NCBI GenBank assembly: GCA_010015805.1
Contig: ML978141.1
Location: forward strand, 124,001-188,000
Length of the DNA stretch: 64,000 bases
Source: Rhizodiscina lignyota
Lineage: Eukaryota
Direction of reading: 5' to 3'
Every line of letters begins with the position of its first letter. Within the stretch, counting starts at the first letter, position 1. The position numbers and the translations under genes were made by a program. Below the pieces are notes generated by a model. The model was not told where the DNA came from. It saw nothing but the letters and a program-made list of their open reading frames with translations, and did no database searches. This document shows, piece by piece, positions 23,582-34,579 of the stretch.

Positions 23582-25786
23582 TCAGGAAATTTCCGGTCCC
23601 GGCGTTTGTACCGGTGGAGTCTGTATTCGTGCAGTCTGCGTCTTTGAGTTGTGCCTCTTCTCTTTAAACATTGCATTTAAGGAAGACGCGGATCTCTTTT
23701 CCAACGCCCCAAATGCCTCTCTGGGTTCGGCATCAATACCATTCGCGACATCCGGTCCCAATCCGGGTGCCTGATACATGTAGACTCGAGCGCGGGTCGT
23801 GGTAAGAGGCTGGTATTCTGGAGGCGGTGAGCCACCTTCCCAGACGTCTTCGACATATTTGTTCATGCGCGATGGAATCCACAGATAGTCGACTAGGACA
23901 TCGGTGAGATTGTCGAATGTCGAGATTGGCGGCTCGACTTCACGAGTGATCTCTGCGCATTGGGCGAGGAAGAAAGACTCTGCATCGGAACCCATCGCGC
24001 CCATTGTGCAGATGACAACAAGCCAGACGCCGAATGGTGAGCCACGCAATAAAGACGTGAGGTCGCCGTCTCGCCAGTGTCTTAGAAGCCGCGGAATGGC
24101 CTTGTCGTGAAGTGGTTCGTACACTGGGTCCCTGCCGCGCACCATGACGGCGAACAAGATCATCAGGCCAAGTGCGAGAGCTCCGTTGAGCGATTCGGAC
24201 GTCTCGACGCGTTCGAAATACCAGTGCAGAAGCTTCGTGCCGATGAGCGAGGTCAGGATTTGCATCTCGAGACCATCCCAGACGCTTTTCGAAGGAGACT
24301 CGAACCATACTTTCATATTCTACCTTCTTAGTCAGTCATTCTGTTGAGTTTCACGGAGGCATTATTGTTTATAGACAGCGCTTACCAATGCGTGGAAGTG
24401 CATTGAGCGTACTACTCGGATGAGATCGCTATCGATGGCAAAGTCTCTGCACGCAGATGCGATCAAGCATGGGGTGTCGTCCAGCTGAGTGTCCGTCGCG
24501 TATTTGAAGTCTTCGTACATCATCTCTTCCAGCATCTGGCGAGACAGGTATGGCATCTCGAAACTCGACATGGATTTGACAGTGCTGTACCTACTTCAGG
24601 TTAGATGCCGCTTGAGGAAATGGGTTACCGATTCTGCAATTGCCCACCTGACAATGAACGCTTGCAAGCAACGATTTCCAAGTTTTCGCACTCCACCACG
24701 CAGTTCTACCATGTGGATGAGGCCGCGCAAATGCACATCCCGATGTACTGGATCTTGCGAGAGCTCTCCTTCGCGTTGGAATGTCGGAAGAAACAAGGTT
24801 TCTTCGACGCAGAGAAGGTTGAATACCGCAGCCAGATTAGCATCGCTCAGAGCCTGCTCTGGATCTGAGATGTTCTCGTTCACCGCAGCAATCGCCGCTG
24901 AGCGATGGTACAAGACATCTTGAGGCGAGCTCTTAGGATGCGTCATGTAGAAATGCAAAGCACTGATGCAAAGAAGGCTGTGCATGAAAGCACTATTCGC
25001 GAGTGAAGGCGACACCCAGTTTGATTGCACGACTTCTGGCTGTCGGCCTAGTGTAATGGGCATGAAAGACGGAGCGAGCCGCGACATGACTACTATCCGT
25101 CAGCCTTGTCGATCATGTGTTTCCAGGCTGCTGGATAACGTACAATGGTCGAGCGGCCCGGGGACTCTGCCATCGATGGGTACAGCGACACTGTCAAATG
25201 GCCTGCGCCCTTCGCTCGGCTGGATCCAAGGGGGCGTCCCAACACCTGCCCCCAGCAGATCGCATTCGAGGCACAAGGCCTCCCCTTCCAAAAGTGGCCG
25301 CTGGCAGAATGTACAGCGACTTGGAACGGCATTCTCGATTGCTCGCTTGCGTTTATGATGCGGACCAAAGCTGGGGAACGGCTCCAGAGACAATCGAGGG
25401 TCAAGCGGGTCATTGGTTCCAGAAGTACCAACTGCTACCGGACAGCTTTTATCGGACTTCTTCAGTTTGTTACCGTTTGACTTGTTCTTCCTTTCAGGGC
25501 CGGCATTCTTCTTGGCCTTCGAACTAGGTTTCCTCCTGTTGGCGCTTTTAGTGGACCACGGGTGTTGCGTACGGATCTTGTGCATCAAGAACGACCTTGG
25601 CGTTCTCTCGGCCGACGTGGCTCCATCAAAGGAGGAATTAACAAAAAGGAAGTCGTTTGCCGACATTGTGTTCATTGGAGTGATGGTCTCGTGGGGCGCC
25701 GTAGACTGTCCTTTTGAGGCAGCAGTAGCTGTTTTAACAAAATCCGTTCTGGACATGAATGTTGGTGAGAACTGATGAGCCACCAT
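23582..25786 (-). CDS. Fungal_trans_2/DUF3468-like transcription factor-related protein without a C6 cluster (multi-exon)
   Basis: FLFVN...RSFLM N-terminus, DPRLSLEPF, AFMHSLLCISALH, AIAAVNENISDP, HLRGLIHMVELRGG motifs. Four ORFs separated by GT-AG introns. Confidence 0.75.
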
Positions 25787-28564
25787 GGTCGCGGTTTTGC
25801 ATGAAGCGGAAATGGTAACTATAGTCTTCGCATGGATCTGCTGACTGCCAGGAAGAACCAGCCTTTCGAATGCTGCCGATATTGATATCTGCTCGTCACT
25901 TGTTGGACTCCTCTCAGCTTTAATTGATTTCAGACAATACTATGCACGAGGGTAACTGTCGTCCTGGAAATGCAGTGCCGCCTTTGGACTATCCCTGGTA
26001 GATATGAAGCGCGGAAGACGTCGAGTAGCAAACTATGTAAGATGCTATATGCGACATTAGGCGAAGTAGCGCCGCCTAAGGCCCTTATGAGGACCGCCCA
26101 CGAGAGACGACAAGACCATTGGGAACCGGTAAATCGCGTGCTCCTGCGTTGCAGCATCCATGTCCGTTCTGATTTAAGGTTAATTCCTGCTAACTCCGCG
26201 ACAAGAATGACGAGGGTGGGGACCAGTCAGATCTAGTTCGGTTCAGAAATGGCGTACACTTGCACCCTCCCAAGCATTGCTAGTTGATCGCTTGATCGGA
26301 GCTCCGCAGCTGCAAACATAACATCTTACTAAGACGGCACGGTGTGACACGCGTTTGCAGTTTGCGGAGGCGCAGGACTGGCATTGTTCGGCGCAAGCCG
26401 TACGGGAGGAGACTGGTCGAAGCATTCTGATAGAAGATCCCGGACGAGAATCCTCGGTGATGTTGGTGCTCGCCAATGATCATCTCATTCTCCTACGGCC
26501 GGAAATATTCCGAACACCCACGAGTTCACATGTCCTTGATATCGAGTCGCAGGATTCGATGCTGCCTTTCAATACTGAATTGGATAGCCTGTCTACTCGT
26601 TCTAGAAGCATGCTAGCTTCCACCAGAGCAGGTCCTCGCTCCATTCTGTGGAAAGTGGAAGGCCGCAACCCACGGAACTGGTCATTGCGGAAATAAACGA
26701 AAATATCTTCGAACACGCCTTGAATCAAGCGGCATATTACGCAGAGGCGTGCCGCACAGAGATTTTCTGGGATGCCGAGAGCGCCTGGTTACCTGCTCCT
26801 TCGATTGTATCGGGGACGGGATGAAGTGAAGTTGGAGGCCTGGTTCGCAAAGGTTCCGTGAAGGGAAGAGGGTCGCTATGTTGACTAATACATGAATCAG
26901 CGAGGTCGGCGAGCAACACTGTTTGTAGTATTAAATCTGGAAAAGTCTCAGATTTGGCAAGTGTCAAGCCAATTATAGTAAAATATGGAGCTGGCGACAA
27001 AATTGTCCCAGCGTTCTGAAAATTCCGAATTAGGGAATCGCCCCTTCTGGCAATCACAGCGATGTCGAGCGAACGTCTGACAACTCCAGGAACCACGACG
27101 ACGATGTCCATCTTTGAAACGCTAGGCTTGTGCGGCATCGGCATACTAGCCTCATCAGTAGCCAAGCATGCAAGTTGCTTGCAGGATCTCCCATCGCATC
27201 AAACGGCTGACATAAATACCAATGCTCCTACATAATCCTGTGAACACATGGATGGATCTCCCCAAAGTCATTATCTAACGCGGACCTGCTTCCTTGCGAA
27301 AGCATCGAATCGGCAGGCTTGGCTAGACACAGCCACGGGGAGTTTGCGGTAGCGTGAGACAAGGCGTTGAATCGATTCATACCCGCGGCTCGAATTACTC
27401 TTCATGTCTCCCAAGAACCATGTATCATCATGTGATGATTGAACGTTTGCGTCTTTGGCGAATTGATTTGAAATGCATCACGGTGCCTTAGCCATTCGTG
27501 ATTAAGATGCCATCATAAAAACAAGAGAAAGGTAAATGCCAAGGGTATCTGGAAAAACTAGAGACAGAAACACCTTTCCGCCATATATATCGCGCTTTGT
27601 CAGCGGCCTGAGGAACGCCGCGCTCAAAGATTGTCGAAGCTTTGTGCTCTTGCGGAGGAAAATTCCTTCTTGAAAGGATGTTAGGTAAGCGTTCGCTCCA
27701 TACATGTATTCGGTAGCCTGTAGCCATGCCATATGAATGGTGTGTCGGCATACGATAAAGCACACAGTATCCTTTCATCTTGAGACTTCGGCTCTGAGTG
27801 AACATGACAGCTCGGCTCGATATCGCAGTGGCCGAGAATATCCAGTTTCATTGCTGCGTTGGATCTGAAACTTATTCGAGAAGGAAAAGATACCCACAGC
27901 AAAAAGGTGCGCATATAAACATTAAGAGAATTGTAAAGCTCCAAATTCCACCAAAGGCTTCAAGCGAGCAAAACATTGCTGGACGATGCCGACAGATATT
28001 ACGGCCAGGCCCCCATTCCAGAGAGGAACGCCAAACGAAACTCCCAATGGCCGCGAGCAGTCGAGGGCGACGAGGCTCATCTTGCGAAGATACCCTCTAA
28101 TGACATTTACCCGCTGCGTCCTGAAAATAGTGGAATCATGACAGCGATTAGTTGTGTCCAAGAAATTAGTACATCTGTGATCCGGATTATAAAAGAAGTA
28201 GCCAGTAGCATCGACGTCTCCCAAATTCCCTAACAAATGTGGTGGAGTTAAGATGCGCCTAGCAACGTCGATATATGGTGCGTAAGCTCCGTGATTGCGT
28301 AATATCCATCCTGATCACTTCCAGCATGATCGTCATATCATTACGTCGGCGAATCGGACTGCCGGTGGAGTCGTATCTGATTGATAAGATCTCGTTAAGG
28401 TATCGTTACCAGCGTGAAGTTAGAAGTTGATCTTGCTGCTGACGACCATCTCGGTAAGCTTTCTCCAAGTTGGCAATATTCCAGTCGCCAACGCATCGGA
28501 CCGAATAGGATTTCCAAGGGTCCAAAAATGGGACTCCAGGTCAAGAATAGAAGTCCGATGCCAT

Positions 28565-31063
28565 TTACAGCACCGCATCCAAAACCTTATCCCTCAACCT
28601 CCTAACCTCCTCCTCCTTCGCCCTTAATTCCACCTGTGCCTTAACAAATTTATCTCGCCAATCCTCGGGCCGACCGTCAACATCATCCCTATGCCCCGTT
28701 GGTTCCTTTCCTCCTCTACCACCCCCCTCATCGCCTGAAATAACCAACCCCTTGAGCTGAAACTCACCAGACAACCCACCTAGCAGTAATGTCCAGCTCA
28801 CATCCCACGTCTCCCGGACCCTGCCTAGCGAGTCGACTTCTGAGACGTCGTCGTCCTCGTGCTCCTCGATTGGGCTGTCATATCCGTCTTCGCCGACCCG
28901 GAAACGGTGGCATACTATTTGCTTGCCGGGGCCTTGTACTTTGGCGGTTAGGCCTTCGGTGGTTAGCCCGCTGAGTTCGTGCGAGAGGCCCAGGAACATT
29001 GCTGCTTGGGAGATGCTGGGGTTGTCGATACGTGCGAGCATCGCGGCAGCGAGGCCTTTCGCTTCGTAGCCTCGCAGTCGCTTGCGTTTGCGGCCAGATA
29101 ATAGGGCACGGAGTAGTTCGTGTGCGAGAGCGCGCTTGAGGTCTTCAGGTGAGAATTGCAAAGTTGTTGGAGGTGGCAGAGGCCTCTGTACGGGTAAGCT
29201 TGGCTGGCGGAACGTCGTCGGTGGTGTCATGTGTGCAATCGGCGCGCCAATAATGATCTGCTGTTGGTCAAAGTCACCGACGCTGCTGCTGCTCTGGTGA
29301 CGGCGATGGTGCTGAGTAGCATGGCTAAGTGCACGCTGCTCATCGCCGCTAGAGTCGCCGAAGAATACCGAGCCACGAGGCGGTGGAGGAGAGTCACGAA
29401 GCGCAGGGACTTCCATAGGACCTCGTTCTGCTTCACCGTTTACCAGAACAGTTGGAGGAGCGCCGCCACTGGTTGTTGGTGGAGTGATGAGGTGTACTGG
29501 GCCAGAGACGCGTTGCGGAACCTGCAATTGCAGCCTCTCGCGTTTCGCAGAGGTGGGTGGCTGTGTGGAGGTCGTTGATTGTGGTACTGGGCTCTCAGTA
29601 CCTGGAATGGGCATCGGAATGTTCTGGGGTATCGAGAGGGGTGGGAATGCTGGCACCGTGGTGGAGATTGGTGTCTTACCCATCTCGACAGGCGTTGCTT
29701 CCTTGGCCTTCGGGTTGGCTGGGAATGTGGAAAATGGCCCATCGCGAACAGTGCGATTCGATGGCGGACGACCTCTCAATTTTCCATTTTGCGTACTCGC
29801 GCTGCTTGACCATGCTGATGACACGAGCGGTCCATGGCGCCGCCGAGACTTTGTACGAGGCGTCATAGCGGACTGAGGCTCCTCTGGCCAAGCAGAATCA
29901 GGGTGAGTTGACGCTGGAGTCACTGCAGAGAGTGGATGTGGTGTGATTGGCGTGTCCATAGTTCCATTCACCCGCCATCGAAATAGGCTATTTGGGTGGG
30001 CAGAGCTGGGCGTTAACCCTTTCATCGGATGAAGACTTGCAGGAGTCACTGCAGATGCTGCGGCCCATGGATCTGGGGGTGGCGCAAATTCATCCGGATA
30101 CGCAGAGTGTGGTGTTGCAAAGTGATGTGGGCTCGCGAATTCGATCGAACCATCGAGCTGCGGCCGCTTGGGCTCTGGTGTAACTGCTCGATCTGCATCA
30201 TCCTCAATGTCATCTGCTTTCCGTCGACCTCGCTTGGGTCTCATGCTAGGGTCTAATGCTCTGATAGCCAGATCTTCCTCAGCTGGGACACCGTCTCTTC
30301 CTCCATCCGGAGTGGGGTCGTGCAGTGGAGGAATCTGCGTATAGTACTCCTTTGGACTCCCGCGTAAAAAGTCGAAAAATGCATCGACATGCATCGCACG
30401 CATCCAGCGCTTTAGCCTAACAGAGTATTGCTGCACTTTTTGTGTGCTCTGGCCCTTATCAAGAGCTGGCTTTTCCACACCCAGTTCGAGCGCTAACTCG
30501 ACCCACGTCTTGATATCCTTCTCCTCATATCTCTTCACCAGCTCGTATAAATGCCATATGCTGAAGCTCTTGCCGTCACTCTTTGGCGGTTGCCGAAATA
30601 TCTTCCTCAATTCTGCCGTATCAGTTGTGAGCGAGAATGACGGATTGCAGTACAGTATGAACGCAGCGTAGGCATCATCAATTGACTCGTCCGATACGTC
30701 GCGCGATGGTAGCGATCGATCCGTAGGTGTGAAACTCGGAAGTGTCTGGCGCGACTGGCTGGGTGAGCGTATGGAGACTGAGTTGGAGGGCGTCGAGGGC
30801 GTTGCGGCAGTGCTACGCGGCGTGTCGCTGTACAGACCGCTGGGGATAACGGGATCGTGAGCGCTCAGGTGTGGTGACGCCGATATTGCATTCCCCGGAG
30901 GTCCTGCCGATCCTCCTGTCCCCAAGCTTGGATCTATGGGCTGCGCTCCTGGGTGCTTGAAGTGGACCTGCGGCGGGCTCTGCGCGCCCTGGAAGTGATG
31001 GGTGTGCGGCGCCAGGTGCACGCCCTCGCTCTCATTCTCTGGCCCGGGGATGTGGAAATTCAT
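28565..31063 (-). CDS. abp2: ARS-binding protein 2 (Abp2) domain protein
   Basis: Single 832-aa ORF with LPSRDV...DDAYAAFILYCNP...PPKSDGKSF...QKVQQYSVRLKRWMRAMHVDAFF (Abp2 domain), AT-hook-like KRGR and RGRP motifs, and a C-terminal coiled coil. Confidence 0.88.
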   Translation of the reverse strand: MNFHIPGPENESEGVHLAPHTHHFQGAQSPPQVHFKHPGAQPIDPSLGTGGSAGPPGNAISASPHLSAHDPVIPSGLYSDTPRSTAATPSTPSNSVSIRSPSQSRQTLPSFTPTDRSLPSRDVSDESIDDAYAAFILYCNPSFSLTTDTAELRKIFRQPPKSDGKSFSIWHLYELVKRYEEKDIKTWVELALELGVEKPALDKGQSTQKVQQYSVRLKRWMRAMHVDAFFDFLRGSPKEYYTQIPPLHDPTPDGGRDGVPAEEDLAIRALDPSMRPKRGRRKADDIEDDADRAVTPEPKRPQLDGSIEFASPHHFATPHSAYPDEFAPPPDPWAAASAVTPASLHPMKGLTPSSAHPNSLFRWRVNGTMDTPITPHPLSAVTPASTHPDSAWPEEPQSAMTPRTKSRRRHGPLVSSAWSSSASTQNGKLRGRPPSNRTVRDGPFSTFPANPKAKEATPVEMGKTPISTTVPAFPPLSIPQNIPMPIPGTESPVPQSTTSTQPPTSAKRERLQLQVPQRVSGPVHLITPPTTSGGAPPTVLVNGEAERGPMEVPALRDSPPPPRGSVFFGDSSGDEQRALSHATQHHRRHQSSSSVGDFDQQQIIIGAPIAHMTPPTTFRQPSLPVQRPLPPPTTLQFSPEDLKRALAHELLRALLSGRKRKRLRGYEAKGLAAAMLARIDNPSISQAAMFLGLSHELSGLTTEGLTAKVQGPGKQIVCHRFRVGEDGYDSPIEEHEDDDVSEVDSLGRVRETWDVSWTLLLGGLSGEFQLKGLVISGDEGGGRGGKEPTGHRDDVDGRPEDWRDKFVKAQVELRAKEEEVRRLRDKVLDAVL

Positions 31064-32415
31064 GGTAACTGGACGGCGCGATTCACCGTATGCTGTTGCA
31101 ATTGCTGGAGCGGCGACATGAACGGGCGGCGTGGGAGAGAGTCAACGTATACAGGACAGGACCAAGAGGGTAAGTGATGGTGGACTGCGTGGGTTTTGCG
31201 CTAAATGACCTAAAATGACTTCGCGCCGAGGCCTGGCGATCAGCGCCCCGATATGCGCGAGTATGCAGTACGGCCTGGGTACGGGCAGAAAATGATATGA
31301 CTCGTATAAGCCTGGTAAATAGCCAGTAGACGTCGCGACAAGCTCTGTGGCTTCGAAAAAGCAAGCCCGGCCTGATGGTTATACAGAAAGAAAAGGAGTT
31401 ATTAGGCTATTTTTGGTATGGCTTAGCGATCCTGCTATGCACCAAACGGGTGGGTGATGATGGATGTGAGCGCACAGCGTTTCCGCCGACGTTTGACCAG
31501 AACTGAACGTTGCCTTTTAACTGGCCGTAAATTGCGTTAATGCGGGCGTCGCTCGTTTGACAGCAGACGATTTTGAGCTTGGAAAGTTGAATGGTCCACG
31601 GAAAAATGAGCCCGTTCGAGCGACGCCTTTCCTCCAACAGCTACTTAACCCCAATTTCGTCCGCATTGGCATTTGCAACGTCCAGGCTTGGCCAACTGAA
31701 AGAGACATGCTCGAAACCGGATGCTCTTCATGCTGTCACCAAATGGGAGCGGAGCGGGCCCTTCCCGAGATGACGAGACTTGTCAGATGTCACTCCTGTA
31801 CATCCTGTTCAATATAGAGAATCGCCGAGAAAATAGATCCAGTGCGGATGTTCGACGCTCTACTTGGCATCTGTTATATCCTGCCCGGTTTATCAGCTAG
31901 AGTCAATCAGTGGAAGCTGATTTGTGGTGTTGAAGCCGTTCCGTCTCCCCGAACGCAAGCACTTCTAATGGAAGATGTGAGCAATGCGCCCATGGTTCCT
32001 GGCCAGGGCTGAGTCGGGGATTTCGGGAACGCTAATGAGTGGAAGATGCGCTCAATGTTCCAGGCTTTAAATTAGACCTGTGAAGATACGAGAGTCTTCC
32101 AAGGGCTAAGATATCTTCATGAACATCACGTGAGTGCTGACCACATGAGGCATAGCGCATCTTATGACGTGGAGTTCAGGCCGAGGCAAAGCATCGCCGA
32201 CATCAACCGAGAGGAGCAAGTATGGGGAAGCAGGGAGCCATGTACACCTCATCCGACGACAGGAACGGATTGAGCATCTACTGGCTTCTGCCCTTTCTTT
32301 TCTCCTCTTCTCCCTCTTGCTTTTAGACCGCACAAGACCATATCGTCTGCACACTCTCTCACTCACCGTTCGACATCCGCGTCTTTTCTTTTGATTCCAA
32401 ATCTCACATTCCACC

Positions 32416-33590
32416 ATGGCGCAATCCAAGGAAGCAGCAACTCAAAAGCTCGCGGATATCGGAGAGGGGACTAAGAAGGTTGCGGTGACCAGCACAGCTG
32501 TCCAGCAGAGCGACAATGTCGCGCACGCCCTTGCCGGAGCAGGCGGAGGACTGCTATCAATGGCCCTGACGTACGACGCCCACCCAATCTCCATCTCTCA
32601 CGATCATACTCAATATGTGCACCAGGTACCCCCTGATCACCCTCTCCACGCGCGCGCAGGTCGAGTCCAAACGTGCAGATACGTCCACACTCGATGCGGC
32701 CAGGCGAATAATTAAGCGGGAGGGGCTTGTTGGTTTATATGCGGGCTTGAACTCTGCGCTCTTCGGCATTAGCGTCACAAACTTCGTATACTACTACTGT
32801 ATGGATACATCCCGCGGCGCTTTATATCCATGCCGACTGATATGCGATCATGCTAGGGTACGAATGGACGCGCGCCTTCTTTGAGAAAGCTGCCATCAAG
32901 GCCGGTCGTGCCTCCAAGAGACTCACCACTATCGAATCCATGATTGCGGGTGCTATTGCCGGTGGCGCAACTGTACTCCTCACGAACCCCATTTGGGTCG
33001 TAAACACACGCATGACCGCACGCACGAAAGCTTCCGAAGACCAAGTACTTCCTGGCTCTAAGCCGGCGAAGTCGCCATCCACAATCGGGACTTTCCTGCA
33101 GATTATCAGGGAAGAAGGATTTTCGAGGCTGTTCGCAGGTGTCATGCCAGCGTTGGTACTGGTCATCAATCCAATCCTGCAGTACACGTTCTTTGAGCAG
33201 CTGAAGATTGTATTGGAGAGGAGGAGACGCGTGACCCCGACGGATTCCTTTTATCTTGGCGCCATCGGCAAGCTGGTCGCAACTACCATTACTTATCCAT
33301 ACATCACCGTGAAGAGTAGGATGCATGTCGCCGGTAAGGATGGTCCGAAAGAGGACATGTTCCAGAGCTTCAGCCGAATCGTGAAGGAAGAGGGTTGGAA
33401 AGGGTTGTATGGAGGTGAGCTTGATGACATTTGTTCTGATTTGCGTTGAATTGGTATTAACACACATGCGGCAGGCATCGGCCCAAAGGTTACGCAGAGT
33501 GTTCTGACTGCCGCATTTCTGTTCGCCTTCAAAGATGCTCTTTACGAAGCTACCATCAAGGCCAGACGGACCATCGCGTCGAGGAAATAA
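32416..33590 (+). CDS. PMP47: Peroxisomal membrane carrier PMP47-like (mitochondrial carrier family), multi-exon
   Basis: HALAGAGGGLLSMALT|YPLITLSTRAQV, TNPIWVVNTRM, INPILQYT, TYPYITVKSRM; three carrier repeats; stop TAA at 33588-33590. Confidence 0.9.
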
Positions 33591-34579
33591 GAGCAGCATC
33601 GTTGCGGCACGCGAAATGAGATCCAATGCGATGAAGATGTCATCACTGCGACATGACGGACCGAAACGGATGAACTCGGAGTCACCACGCGTCCTTCCGA
33701 GAGTTGGAAATTGAACAGCTTAGCCAAATATAAGAAAATGGTTCGCAAGTCGCAACACATTACTATATGGAAGTTCTGGTAGTACGATTGTCGAATGAGG
33801 TGAAAATTAACAAATGGACTATGATACCACCGCCACAATGGGCAAATGGAGGTTATTTGGAGTTATGATATTGGAAAACGTGTTGTGTAGATATTGCTGG
33901 TAAAGCAGACGAGATGTTTTGCAATATTTGCTTTGCAACTACAGACTGACCACATTCATCAACAAAACAGTCCGCGTGTTTGCATTTCTTGCGTCCAGTC
34001 GAGCCTCATGTGTGAGCCCGCACTGTTGAGCGAGAGTTAAACCTGAGCATATGTGAACATCCGCACTACATACATTATTGGTGGTCCCTACGTTCAGACA
34101 GACTGCTCTCCTCCCATCCAAAGCCACCGGAAATAATTGTATGGCAATAAAGGATTCAAGGGGTCGCCGCGCAGACAGCCACATGCAGCCTTATGCAGAC
34201 ATCCTTCGGCGCGATTTCTGAACAGACATTTAATGCACCTAATCTTCTTCAGTACTCAGCACTCGCTTTGAAGCTGAGCAATCTCCATTGTTGAACGTTG
34301 TTAAAGACGACATTGTTTTAATTCGCCGAAACAAAGGAAGCAATGTGGCACATGCCATTCGCCTGACACTCGACACGCGCATTGTTCGCTGTAACGCGCA
34401 ATATACCTCACCTTATGCCTACCCATCTTAATCCCAACATCCCCCGCCATGAGGCTTAGCAGAGTTCAGGCTCATTCCCGGACCTTTGTATGTCTACTCG
34501 CGACCCTGCGGATTAGTCTCGCGTCTCTAAACTAACTTTACCAACCTTACGAGCAGTGGACTCGACGTCATACCGCGCC

